NCBI GenBank assembly: GCA_043228905.1
Contig: JBHGNT010000003.1
Location: 19,096,001-19,160,000 of the forward strand
Origin: Azolla caroliniana
Taxonomy: Eukaryota > Plantae > Polypodiophyta
DNA: 64,000 bases
Direction of reading: 5' to 3'
Shown here: positions 38,467-50,312 of the stretch, piece by piece
Numbering within the stretch: position 1 is the stretch's first letter
Layout: the number at the start of each line of letters is the position of its first letter
Notes under the pieces: model-generated
Told to the model about the DNA's origin: nothing
Databases searched by the model: none
The model's input: only the letters and a program-made list of their open reading frames with translations
Program-made: the position numbers and the translations under genes

Positions 38467-41448
38467 GCTTTTTCTTGTTATTCATAGATGTCCCATGTGG
38501 GGTTAAATAGTACAATGAGGGTTGTCCATCAATAAGATACATAGGGGTGCATACACCTCTAGCCATCCACACACATAATTCGTTCACACCCTTTCATATC
38601 TACCCACATGCACACACATGTGCATGTGTTCATACAAATACACATATACTCACACTCACTCTCTTGCACATTTGCACATACACAACAACAAAACTATAGA
38701 CTTTCACCCTTATCCATCCCCGTACATCTCATACAGGTGACAATCAAAGAGCTCCAAAGATAAATGACAAAGAAATTTCTAGGGAACAATTCTATCTTAG
38801 CATTGGATGCGATAACATGGTGTAATGTGTACTTAACACAAATATGATGTCTTTACTACTTGACATAGTCCCTAAATTAAGATTCTAAATTTTATTTATT
38901 GGAGAGAGCTTATTATAGCATGTGGGCAACAACAATCATGTGAAAGCATTAGGGATAACAACTTAATTGAAGACCAAATCAGATATATAGGGATCATACA
39001 AGCTATCTATGATGTGGCATTCTATGTTATAAGATAAGTAATATTACTACATTAAGGGATGTAAAGTCTTGCCCTTTTTGTAGAAAATGTGCCATTCGCA
39101 AAAATTGTATGACAAAACAACACCCTTTAGAATCACTTGGAAAAGTTAGCATTATTTGTATAATGGAGTGACATTGATTGTCCTAGTAAAAATATTCGAA
39201 ATTTGGTGTCGTTTAAAAGTTTTGAAAAATATGAAAATTAAAAAGGGTATATCAGAAGCCCATTTCTCTTATTTTCAAAGTTTGATGCCACTCCCCACTA
39301 TCAACACTTTATAGTGCAACCCAATCACACACACACTTACAATGTACAATCTGTTGTATGTAAACATGTGCACATGTGTGTCTTGTGTTGAGGACTTGTT
39401 AAATGCAAGTTCAACAACAGTCAATGGCAGGACAAATTTATTGTTCTCACTCACATGCACATTATCTGAGACGCTATGGCAGTTTACAAATGCTTCCGCC
39501 TTCCTTTCCTCATCTCCTTTCAACAAATACTGAAGTACCTCACCATCAAATACACATGAATGCACATATACATCACGTGTATGTGTGAAAACATTTGTAT
39601 TTTGTGTGGATGTGTATGTGGGAGGAAATCCATGAAACCATGATTTTCCTATCATTCAACAAATAGTATAATGACTCAATTTGAACACATGAAATAATAT
39701 TGTTTAATTATTTTGTCAATTATGTGAATAGTATCTAGTTCTTGTTTTTGTTTGAGATAAAATAAAGACCATGACCTGGTTGTTGAATATTATAAGCAAG
39801 TGACAATATTGTGCTCTAAGGATTGATGTTAATCCCTTATTGGAAAGTATGTTTCTCTTGCTTGATAATATATTCATACACACACATGATTTCCAACCTA
39901 CATCTTATAATATTAGGTTTGCATTTTAACATATTTGATAACGACCTTTGTTAAGCAAGAACTTTGTTTTGGCATCACGTGGAAAATGGAGGTTCACTAT
40001 CTTTGTCGTTCACATTGGCATTAGCTTCTAAATATATTATGTGGTCTACCTACTGTCACGGACGTAGACGAGGGCAAGGACAAGTAGGCGAGCTCAATAT
40101 TAACAAAGAGAGAAAGATAGATATATAGATAGAGAGGAGCATAGACAAGAGAACAAGAGAGAGAGAGAGGGTAGACAAAAGAGCGAGAACTAAAGTATGC
40201 TTCCGTAACTGGTGTTGTTCACCTTGATTGTAATCAAGGTGCACCGAAGTATTTATACAAGAATGCATGTAAGCTAGGAAACATCTAGAGAATGCATGGA
40301 AACTTCTAGAAAGTGCATGGCTATGCATTCTCTAGTAGTTTCTTGAAAGGTCTAGTGATTAACTTAAAATGAAATAAGTTCAACCCCCTACATTCTATCG
40401 TGTCTATGACATTATCCTCCCTCTAAGGCTGCCTCCCGGGACTCGTGGCTGGCTTATGTGGGTATCGTTGATGAAAATCATGAATGGCCTCCGGAGCATT
40501 TTGTAAATGTGTAATTGGTTCCCATGTGGCGTCTGAAATGGGGTAACCTTTCCATAAGACCAAATATTGGAGCTGTCGACGACGATATTGAGAGTCGAGG
40601 ATTTGGTCAACCTCATATTCTTCGCCCATTGACAATTCCATAGGTGGCGGTGGAGGAGGGTGCCCTCTTGGAATTCGAGAAGGATGGTAGAGTTTGTGGA
40701 GGGAAACGTGAAAAACATCGTGAATCCTGAATGTTGGAGGAAGTGCTAACCGGAAGGCGACTGGGTTGATCCGCTCGATGATACGAAAGGGGCCTAGTCT
40801 TTTGTAGTCCAATTTTGCACAAGGACGTGTGGTGGCGATGTGACAACATAACATCCAAACCATGTCCCCAATTGCAAACGTCAGTGCAGTTAAGCGATGT
40901 CAGTCCGCTTGATCTTTATAGTGGTCACCAACAACACGGAACTCCAAGGAGAGGTCACGATGGACATCGTGTAAAGTGCGGGCAAGCGTCTCTACTGAAG
41001 GATTGACCGAAGTTGCAGGTATGGAAATGTTGAAACGAGGGTGAAATCCATAGTTTGCAAAGAAGGGGGAAACCTTAGTCGAAGCATGGATACTATTATT
41101 GTAAGCAAATTCTGTCATTGCAAGGAAGTCCACCCAATCCTCCTGTTGGTAGCTCACGGTAAACCGAAGGTATTGTTCGAGGATTTGGTTGACTCGCTCC
41201 GTTTGGCCATCAGTTTGAGGATAGTATGCTAAGGACAAGTTGACAAAAGTCTCGAATGTTTGTAGAAGTCGTCGCCAAAAGTGGGAAATGAACTGAGAAC
41301 CTCGATCAGAGGTGATATCCTCGGGTAAACCGTGTAATCGAACAACATTTTTAAGAAAAAGATTAGTTGTCTCTTCCTTGGAAATGATTTTGGAACATGG
41401 AACAAAGTGATTCATCTTTGAAAACCTATCGACAATGACTAGCACCGT

Positions 41449-44400
41449 TGTCGTGAAGTACGAAAGTTTCACATTAAAAGTCTACAATAAGATAAATACG
41501 TAACTAAAATAACATTTGATAATGTTTTATATATAAAGATAATATTAACAACACATGATAATATTATATATATGTAAAGAAAAATAATATATATATATAT
41601 AGATAAATATATTATATTACACGAACAAGAGAGGACATGAACCAATAACCCCACCCTATGACTTTCAAATCTTACCATTTACTCTATACTAATAATATAT
41701 ATACTCATGATATAAAAACGATGTTACATGTTGTAAATTCAATAATATTTGAGAGACTCAAACCCACAACCTCATATACCAAAGTCAACACACCTGCCAT
41801 TAAGCTAGATCCTTTGTTCTTAAAACTATATTTTCATGTTTATTCTTATGCCATATATTTTTTCATGCATGAAAGCTCAAATGAGCAAGATGCCTATCAT
41901 GCATCACATGTAATGCATGAACGCCAAATGGCGATCATGCATCACATGCGTTTCATGCACTACATGCATGGCTTGTACCCTCCAATACATCATATGCATG
42001 GGGATACCTATTTAAATGGTGAAAGAGAAGATGAAAGGGGGAAGAAGTATGAGATATCAATCAAATATATATTACATAAGAGATACCATAAAATAGAGAA
42101 AGAAAGGAAGAAGTTCAACATAAAGGTGGACCTCTAGCTTGGTGATACGGGGAAGTAGAAGAGACATCTAACGTAAAGATCAAAATCAACATGGAAAGTA
42201 CAAGTACAATGGATCCGGTAATGTTGTTTATTGAAAAGTTGAATCAAGATCGATTATTTCATGCCTTACGAGAAGTTCGAAAGAAGATTGGTATGTTTGA
42301 TGGCACAAATATTTCGAAGTATGTGAATATATATTATGATTCAAAATGGAAATGTCTGGTATAAATGATGTTAATATGATAGCAAACTTTTATAAATTAG
42401 TGGACATGGAATTAAGAGATAGAATTCATGAAATACAAGCATTGCATAGTTTGGATTGGAATGCATTCAAAGAAACACTTGTGTCTGAATATGCTCATGA
42501 GGATTTCTCTCGAGTTACTATGTGTTCATTTCATGAATGGATCTTAAAAGAAGATAAAGGGTTATCTGTGGCTGACACAAAAAAAGAGTTTGATAGGATG
42601 TATGGACACTTAAAGCCAAAAGAAAGAAATTCTTTGTCTTGGCAAAAGGTTGCTTTATTTTTGCAGGCAGTTGACAAGAGATATATAAAAGAATTGGAAT
42701 TCATGTCTGAAGTACCAAATACTGAGGATGGTATAACTGCAGATTGGAATGAGGTAACAAATGCTTGTAATAAATTTATGAAAAGAATGCAAAGGAATGG
42801 TGCAATGCTACAAATACCACATGTGGGAATCACAAATAAGCTTGAGCAAAACATCGAAGTTCAAAGACTTGGTCGAGAACCATCACACGAAATGGTCCAT
42901 CAACCACGAGAAATGATTGAAACTAAGAGTGAGTCTTTGCTTGATGATTTAGTTCAAAGTATGAAAGATCTAACAATTAAAGTGGCAAAGCTTGAGAATG
43001 GTCAGACTTCGACGTCAAGGGAATCATTTCGACCTCGATGCATGTGGTGTGATATTCTCGAACATCGATTACGTGATTGTGCGGAATATAAAGACATGGA
43101 AAATCAAGACTTGGTATATTGGAAAAATGGTAACATTTATTTAACTGAAACTAGAAGTCCACTTACAAAGAACTTTGGTGATGGTGGTGTTAAGGTTAAA
43201 TTTGAAGAAGCTGAAGCAAAGAAGGCTTCCGCAATGTACTACTCGGCAACGGTAGGAATGCGCCTCGATGACATGCCATCCCAATCATCATTCTGGGAGA
43301 GGGTTGTAAGTACCGCACAAAAGCAAAAGATGAGGATGGAAGACCTTCGTGTTGCCGGAGATTCTGTAAGGAAAAACACTGGATGGGATGTTCCAGTAGA
43401 TGTTATGCGGTCTATGCTCAGATGGCAGAACACCAAGAGCATGAGGTGATAGTGGAAGAAAAAAGGAAAAGGACGGATGATGAGATTGGCTCAACAAAAA
43501 AGCATGAGACAAGAGAAAGCAAAAGAAAAGAGATGGACGCAAAGGTCAAAAAAGGTAAATCTGGTCCTTCATTCAAATTAATGTTTGATATTGAAAAAGA
43601 TACAGATTTAAAGAAAGTTTTAGAAACAAGAATACTAGATAGTCAAGTAGAATTTACACTAAGAGAAGTGTTAAGTATTGCAAAAAAGGAATTTCATGAT
43701 GAAATAATTGATATTGTGCGAAGAAAGAAGCAAGTAAATGAGCAGGTTAAAGAGACAAATCCAAAGGTGGCATATGAAGTGGTGAGCAACAAGTCAAACA
43801 ATATCGTTGTTGACTCTCAACATGCATCAACCTCAATGAGAAATTCAACAGATGTAAGAAGCCATTACTCTCGCAAATGTTGGGCAAGAGTCACTACTGA
43901 GCATCATGTGAAGATTGGAAATGTTCTAGACCCCGTGATGGCACTTATTGATCATGGTACTAAAATAAATATAATGAGTGCTGATTTTTACAGGAAAGGT
44001 AGATGGCCAATTGATACTCAACATGGTTGGCGAGTAAAAATTGCCACATCAGTCACAGAAGATTTATTTGGTGCATGCCCAAATGTAAAGGTTACTATTG
44101 GTGATATAGAGGTAGATCAACATTTCTTTGTGCAGGAAGGATCTACCTATCCAATAATCCTGGGGCAACCATACATTACAGCGGTACGGATGGAGACCAA
44201 AGTCCTCGACAAGGGTTCTGCCTATGCGAAAATCCATAGCCAAGATGGACGACGAACTGTATAATTTATGAGAGTTCGCCCAAATCATGAAAGGAACAAG
44301 CAAGAGCTTCTCGATCATTCAATACCAAAAGACTGTGATGATTTTGATAATCAGGTTTTTGACTAGGACTATTGCGAGTGTCCCATTATTAAAAAACCCT

Positions 44401-47400
44401 CATATAGGGCATTACAACATATGAATAAGTCATTTCATGTTTCTGAAAGTGGTGCTATATGTGTGACTAGGATGTATGAATGCAAGAGGAACTTGAAAAA
44501 GAATGCTAATCTGTTTCAGCAGGCATTGAAGGATAATGGAGTACTTGAAATGGAAGAGCAGATTGAAAGTGTTATGGAAGAAATTTCTTTTGCAAATACT
44601 TTAGAAGAGTTAGAAATGTATTTGAAAGAAGATGATGAGAATGTTAGAAAGATATATGTAAACTCAATTGATATGTATTATGAGATTGATAGGTATAATT
44701 GTAAATATGAAGAAGTAGAAAGTTTATGCAATACAAAATACAAAACAATAGATAAAAAGGTCAAACCTGCTGCAGTACCATTACCTATTGGTAGTGAAGA
44801 GAAGATGGAGGCAGCAGCAACCGAGCCTATGCTTCGACCAATAGAGAAGATCGGACATCACTTCACTTCGGAGACAATAAATAACTTGAGAATCGGAGGG
44901 GGTGAATTTCTTCTGCAATTAGAGATCGCGACTTTCAAAGAAATGATCTTTCGGCATGGGAAAGCGTTCGCATTCAAAGCTGAGGAGATTGGTTGTGTAA
45001 ATCCAAAGGTGGTGACGCCAATGGTAATATTTACTATCCCTCATATTCCTTGGAATTTTAAACCTATTGCAATACCGAGAGCTCGATTACCTCAATTGTT
45101 GGAGTTGTTGAAGGATAAAGTCAAGATGAAGATTTTAGAGCCTTCAAATGCACCATACTCCAGTAGATGGTTCACAGTTCCAAAGAAAGATGGTTCTCTA
45201 AGATTCAATCAAGATCTACAACCAGTCAACAAAGTCACAATCCGAAATGCGGGAATCGGACCGATCGTTGATGAATTTGCGGAAGCCTTTGCTGGAAGAG
45301 CGATTTACTCTGTGGGAGACCTATATTCAGGATACGACCAATTTCAACTAGCAATTGATAGTCGCAATATCACAACAATGAAAACACCAATTGGGTTGGT
45401 TCGAATGTGCACTCTACCTCAAGGTGCGACGAATTCAATTGCTCATATGATGAATGCAATGAACAAAGTTCTACATGAATACATCCCAAAGGTAACTATA
45501 CCATTTTTAGATGATATTCCTATTAAGGGATGCTTGGAAAGAGAGAAAGATGAGACTATGGTTGGAAATGGTTGCAGAAAGTTTGTGATGGATCACATTA
45601 ATGATTGTGAAAGTATTTTAAATAAGCTTGAGCAGGTACATTTGACACTATCAGGAACAAAGTCTTGGTTTAGGCAAAACGAAGTTCTAATAGTTGGTCA
45701 TATGTGTGGGTGGTATGGGAGGAAGCCTTCACCAATCAAAATTAACGCAATACAAAATATGAAGGAAGTTTGCGACTCCGTAACAGAGGTGAGAAGATTT
45801 TTGGGTGCATGTGTGTTTTATCATATTTGGTTACCACACTTTGCACATGTCTCAGATCCTCTCTACCAACTTTTAAGAAAAGGGGAAGAAGTTTATTTGG
45901 ACAGATGAACATACACAAGTTGTTCAGCAGCTGAAAGAAGCATTACTGAAAGCACCAGTTCTTCGTCAACCAAACTACAAAGGTGAAAGACCAATTATAG
46001 TAACAGTTGATACTAGCCCAATCGGGATCGGTTGGGTTATCAACCAAGAAGATGAAGACCAACATCGATATGCTATCAGATTTGGAGCAAAGATATTAAA
46101 TGAAAGACAAAGAAACTATGCACAAGTTAAACGAGAATTGTGGGGTTTGCTTACTTCTTTAAAAACAGATAGAGATTACTTGATCGGAGTAGATATAGTG
46201 GTTGAAACAGATTGTTTGCCACTCATCGGAATGATAGCAAGTTGCACCACACCGGATATTGCAATGCTTCGGTGGATTGCATACATTAGAACCATGAACC
46301 CAGAATTACGGCATATAAAGGGAAAAGAGAACCTAGTCGCAGATATGCTGTCAAGAGCAAGGTTCATAAATGCAAGGGTGATGCAAGCTGAAGAGAAGAA
46401 TTGGGTAACTACAAGCCATCAAGTTGCTCGTCAAGTATCTATTAAGTCTCATGATGAGTTTAATGTAAGTATAATGTTCAAAGATGTGCAATATGAAGGT
46501 GAATGGTTAGAAATAGGAAATTTTCTAAAGACTCAAGAAGCCAACCCATCATGGTCGAAGAAACAATTAAATGAATTTTGAAGACGAGCATTCAAGTTTT
46601 TTTTACATGAAGGGCATTTATGGAGGCATCCAAAAAAGTCAACTGAAAATCCTCTTCGAGTCATTTGTAAGGATGACATTAAGAGAAAATTAATTAATGA
46701 ATTCCATGATAGTTTATGGGCAAGACATAGAGGCATATGGTCGACATTTATGAAGTTGAAAGAAAAGTATTGGTGGCCACATATGTATAAAGATGGAACG
46801 AAATTTGTGGAAACCTGTGAGGTTTGCTAGAGGTATTCAACTATCCGGTATCGAAATGAGCTAAAACCAACATATTCATCATCAATGCATTATAAATGGA
46901 TGGTCGATCTAGTGACAATGCCACTTGGGGAAGGTCAAATGCGATAATTAGTACTAGCAAGAGAAGACCTTACAAACCAAGTAGAAGGAAGACGACTACA
47001 ACAAAAAACAACTAGAGCTGTATGTAAATTTTTGTTAGAAGATGTAATATGTCGTTACAGGTGTGTTGGTAAAATAATTGCAGATAGAGGAGAACTCGAC
47101 TTTGATGAAGCTAGAGAATTCTTCAGTCGAATAGGCGTCAAATTATCACTTACAACTGCGTATAATCCAGAAGCCAACGGAAAGATTGAAAGAGGACATA
47201 GCCCAATAGTTAAGGAGATCGTGAAAAGCTGTAAAGGTAAAATAAGAGATTGGCCACACATGCTACCTTATGCACTATGGGCGGATCGAACAACTCATAG
47301 TTCGGTAACAGGATACATGCCAGCTGAATTGATACTTGGCCAAAAGCCCATCATGCCAATAGAAGAATCAATTATGTCATGGATATCTATTCCGTGGAGA

Positions 47401-48632
47401 GAAGAGGTGAGTAGAGAAGAATTACTTGCTTTGCGAATTCAACAATTAGAGCGTCGACCTGAAGATATAGAAATAGCAGCCCAACGATTGAAGGAGGCTC
47501 GACTGAAGAATAAAATTCGTTTTGATAAAACTCATAGAATTCGACCTAAGAAAATAGAAGAAGGAGATTGGGTGCTCATGTATGATAGCAGTTTAGATAA
47601 TCAACATAGCACCGTCCGCAAGTTCGCTGAAAGATGGTTTGGGCCTTATATAGTAAGAAAAATATATGATAACTTTACTTATAAGCTTAGTGAATTGGAT
47701 GGGACACTAATCCTAAACGTGGTAGCTGAAAAGAGGATAAAAGTATTTAAGAAAAGGTTTGAGCTTGAACCTCCTCCAATAGATCAACATGAAGATGAAA
47801 GATAGTGGCACATGCCAGAGGATGTACAGGTCTAGAGGGGGTGGATGTCGTGAAGTACGAAAGTTTCACATTAAAAGTCTACAATAAGATAAATACGTAA
47901 CTAAAATAACATTTGATAATGTTTTATATATAAAGATAATATTAACAACATATACGATAATATTATATATATGTAAAGAAAAATAATATATATATATATA
48001 TAGATAAATATATTATATTACACGAACAAGAGACGACTTGAACCAATAACCCCACCCTATGACTTTCAAATCTTACCATTTACTCTATACTAATAATATA
48101 CATAAAATAAAGGATTTGCTTCATGATATAAAAACGGCGTTACATGTTGTAAATTCAATAATATTTGAGAGACTCAAACCCACAACCTCATATACCAAAG
48201 TCAACACACCTGCCATTAAGCTAGGTCCTTTGTTTTTAAAACTATATTTTCATGTTTATTCTTATGCCATATATTTTTTCATACATGAAATCTCAAATGA
48301 GCGAGATGCCTATCATGCATCAAAATATTGAAGTGAAGATTGTTGTGGCCTACTATCAAGAAAGAGAAGAGCGATTATCTTGTGAGACCAAGTTCGAAGG
48401 ATCAACGACACTTACAACCACTTTTGTAACTCTTTCATCAAAAAAATTATAAATCTCTTTTATTCCTTCAAATATCATTCAATATCCTATCTTGTCATAT
48501 CTTGTTGATCTCTATTTACTTTATCTCTACTCTTTCGTCTCTTCCGTCCATAATCCTAGTGATTCCTTCCTCACTTTCACGATATCTTTTGTCTACGCAA
48601 CGCTACGCTTCTAGGCAAGCCACGCCACGACA
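41449..48632 (+). mobile_element. Nested non-chromovirus Ty3/Gypsy element with a 4-bp TSD
   Basis: tgtcgtgaag..ccacgaca termini; TSD ccgt; 3' LTR 47846-48632 after PPT agagggggtgga; 5' LTR 41449-~42120 lacks its U5/PBS end. Confidence 0.9.
42191..47805 (+). pseudogene. gag-pol of the nested Gypsy (disrupted)
   Basis: Gag with CMWC..HRLRDC, protease LIDHGT..ILGQP, RT DLYSGYDQ..LPQGATNS..FLDD, RNase H ETDCLPL..ADMLSR, integrase ADRGE..YNPEANG..WFGPY; no chromodomain; stops and frameshifts. Confidence 0.9.
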
Positions 48633-48845
48633 CCGTGTCATGTCCACCAACCAGAGGGAGGTCGGTGATAAAGTCCATGGATAGAGAGACCCATGGTTGA
48701 CGTGGAATGAGGAGCAGGTGGAGAAGACCATATGGCCGATGGTGATGCGTTTTGGACCAAGCACATACATCACATGTCTTGATAAATTCCTTGACAAATT
48801 TCCAAGGTTGGGGCCACCAAAACCCTCGAGATAGCAATTCCAGGG

Positions 48846-50312
48846 GCTCACTCCAACTATTGTTCGTGTTCTAGATCCCAGCAAGGACCGACATGGTTAC
48901 TCATGCCCGCTATTGTTCATGTTCCAATTCCCAATGAGGACCGCACATGGTCGCTCACACCCGTTGGTGTTCGTGTTCCAACTCTCGGCATTGACCAATA
49001 TGGTCTCTCATGCCCGTTGGTGTTTGTGTTCCTTGTGAGGACCACACATGGTTGCTCACTCTAGCTATTGTTCGTGTTCCAGATCCCGGCGAGGACCGGC
49101 ATGGTCACTCATGCCTGTTGTTGTTCATGTTCCAGTTCTCGGTGAGGACCACACATGGTCGCTCACGCCCGTTGGTGTTCGTGTTCCAACTTTCGGCGAG
49201 GACCGACATGGTCTCTCACGCCTGTTGGTGTTCGTGTTCCTTGTGACGACCGCACATGGTCACTCACGCTTGTTGGTATTCATATTCTAGTTCCCGACGA
49301 GGACCACATGGTCACTCACGCCTGTTGGTATTCGTATTCCAGTTCCCGATGAGGACCACATGGTCGTTCACGCCTATTTGTGTTTCCGATGAGGACCACA
49401 CATGGTCGCGCATATTTTGATTCCCGGTGAGGGCCACACATGGTTGCTCATGTCCGCTTGTGTTCCAGTTCCCAGTGAGGATTGCACGCGGTCGCTCACG
49501 TTCCGATTCCTAGTGAGGGCCACACATGGTTGCTTGCGCTCGCTCGTGTTCAAGTTCTCGGTGAGGACCGCATGGTTGCTCACTCTCGTTCGTGTTCCAT
49601 TTCCCTCACTCTCGTTCATGCTCTAGTTCCCAGTGAGGACCGCATGGTCACTCACGCTTGTTCATGTTCCCAATGAGAACCACACATTGTCGCTCACGTC
49701 CATTGTTGTTCGAGTTTCCAGTGAGGACAACACATGGTTTCTCACGCCCACCACTTCCCATTCACCCCTACACCGTGCTTTCGAAAAGGCAACCATAAAG
49801 GGGAGGATAATGTCACAGACATCACAACAACTATGTCAAGATTTGAACTCTTGACCTCTTGTATTATAGTCAAGTGTTATATTGTAACCAACACATCCAA
49901 GTACATGGTCGTATTATGTATATCTTCGTAGATTATCTATTTCAAGTTCTAGGAGATTTTTGAAAGTTCTAGAACTAGAAGGTTGTAGAGGGTTCTAGAA
50001 TATTCTCCAGAATATTCTTATGCATGTACTTGGACTCACAGTATAAATACTTGTAACCTCCTTGGTCCCTTTCAAGGTATTCAACACCAGTCGTTGACAC
50101 ATCAATGTAGTATTCTTGTTTAGCTCCATCTTCTCTCCTTGATTTACATCTCTGTCTTTATGCTCTTGTATTGTTCCTAGCGTCTTAGGTTCCTCATCTC
50201 ATCGTTACCGAGTTTCTAGCCTCATTAGGTGGAGTTCCACGTTCGTAACCTTATTGGTCGTAGCCTTGTGATCTGTGCTTTGTCACAGTCTAGCGTTGGT
50301 GTGTCCGTGACA
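48846..50312 (+). mobile_element. 3' half of a non-autonomous LTR element: degenerate ~50-bp tandem array, PPT and 3' LTR (49811-50312)
   Basis: Unit gaggaccRcatggtcgctcac(g/t)cccgtt..cgtgttccagttcccggt; PPT aaaggggaggataa; LTR tgtca..gtgaca with TATAAATA at 50043. Confidence 0.85.

Larger units (their letters stand above)
40054..48845 (-). mobile_element. 3' half of a second Tcn1-like chromovirus (3' LTR, chromodomain, integrase), 5'-truncated
   Basis: LTR 40054-40411 with adjacent PPT; KLDYKRLGPF and chromodomain EYEVDQILDS..YLVLWKGY..TWEP (40423-40863); integrase at 40900-41448 continues at 48633-48845 (GGHDT|VLVIVDRF). Confidence 0.88.

Noticed and set aside
39275-39655. 126-aa minus-strand ORF as a possible host exon
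   Set aside because: No recognisable motif or partner exon; needs BLASTX/RNA-seq to exclude fully.
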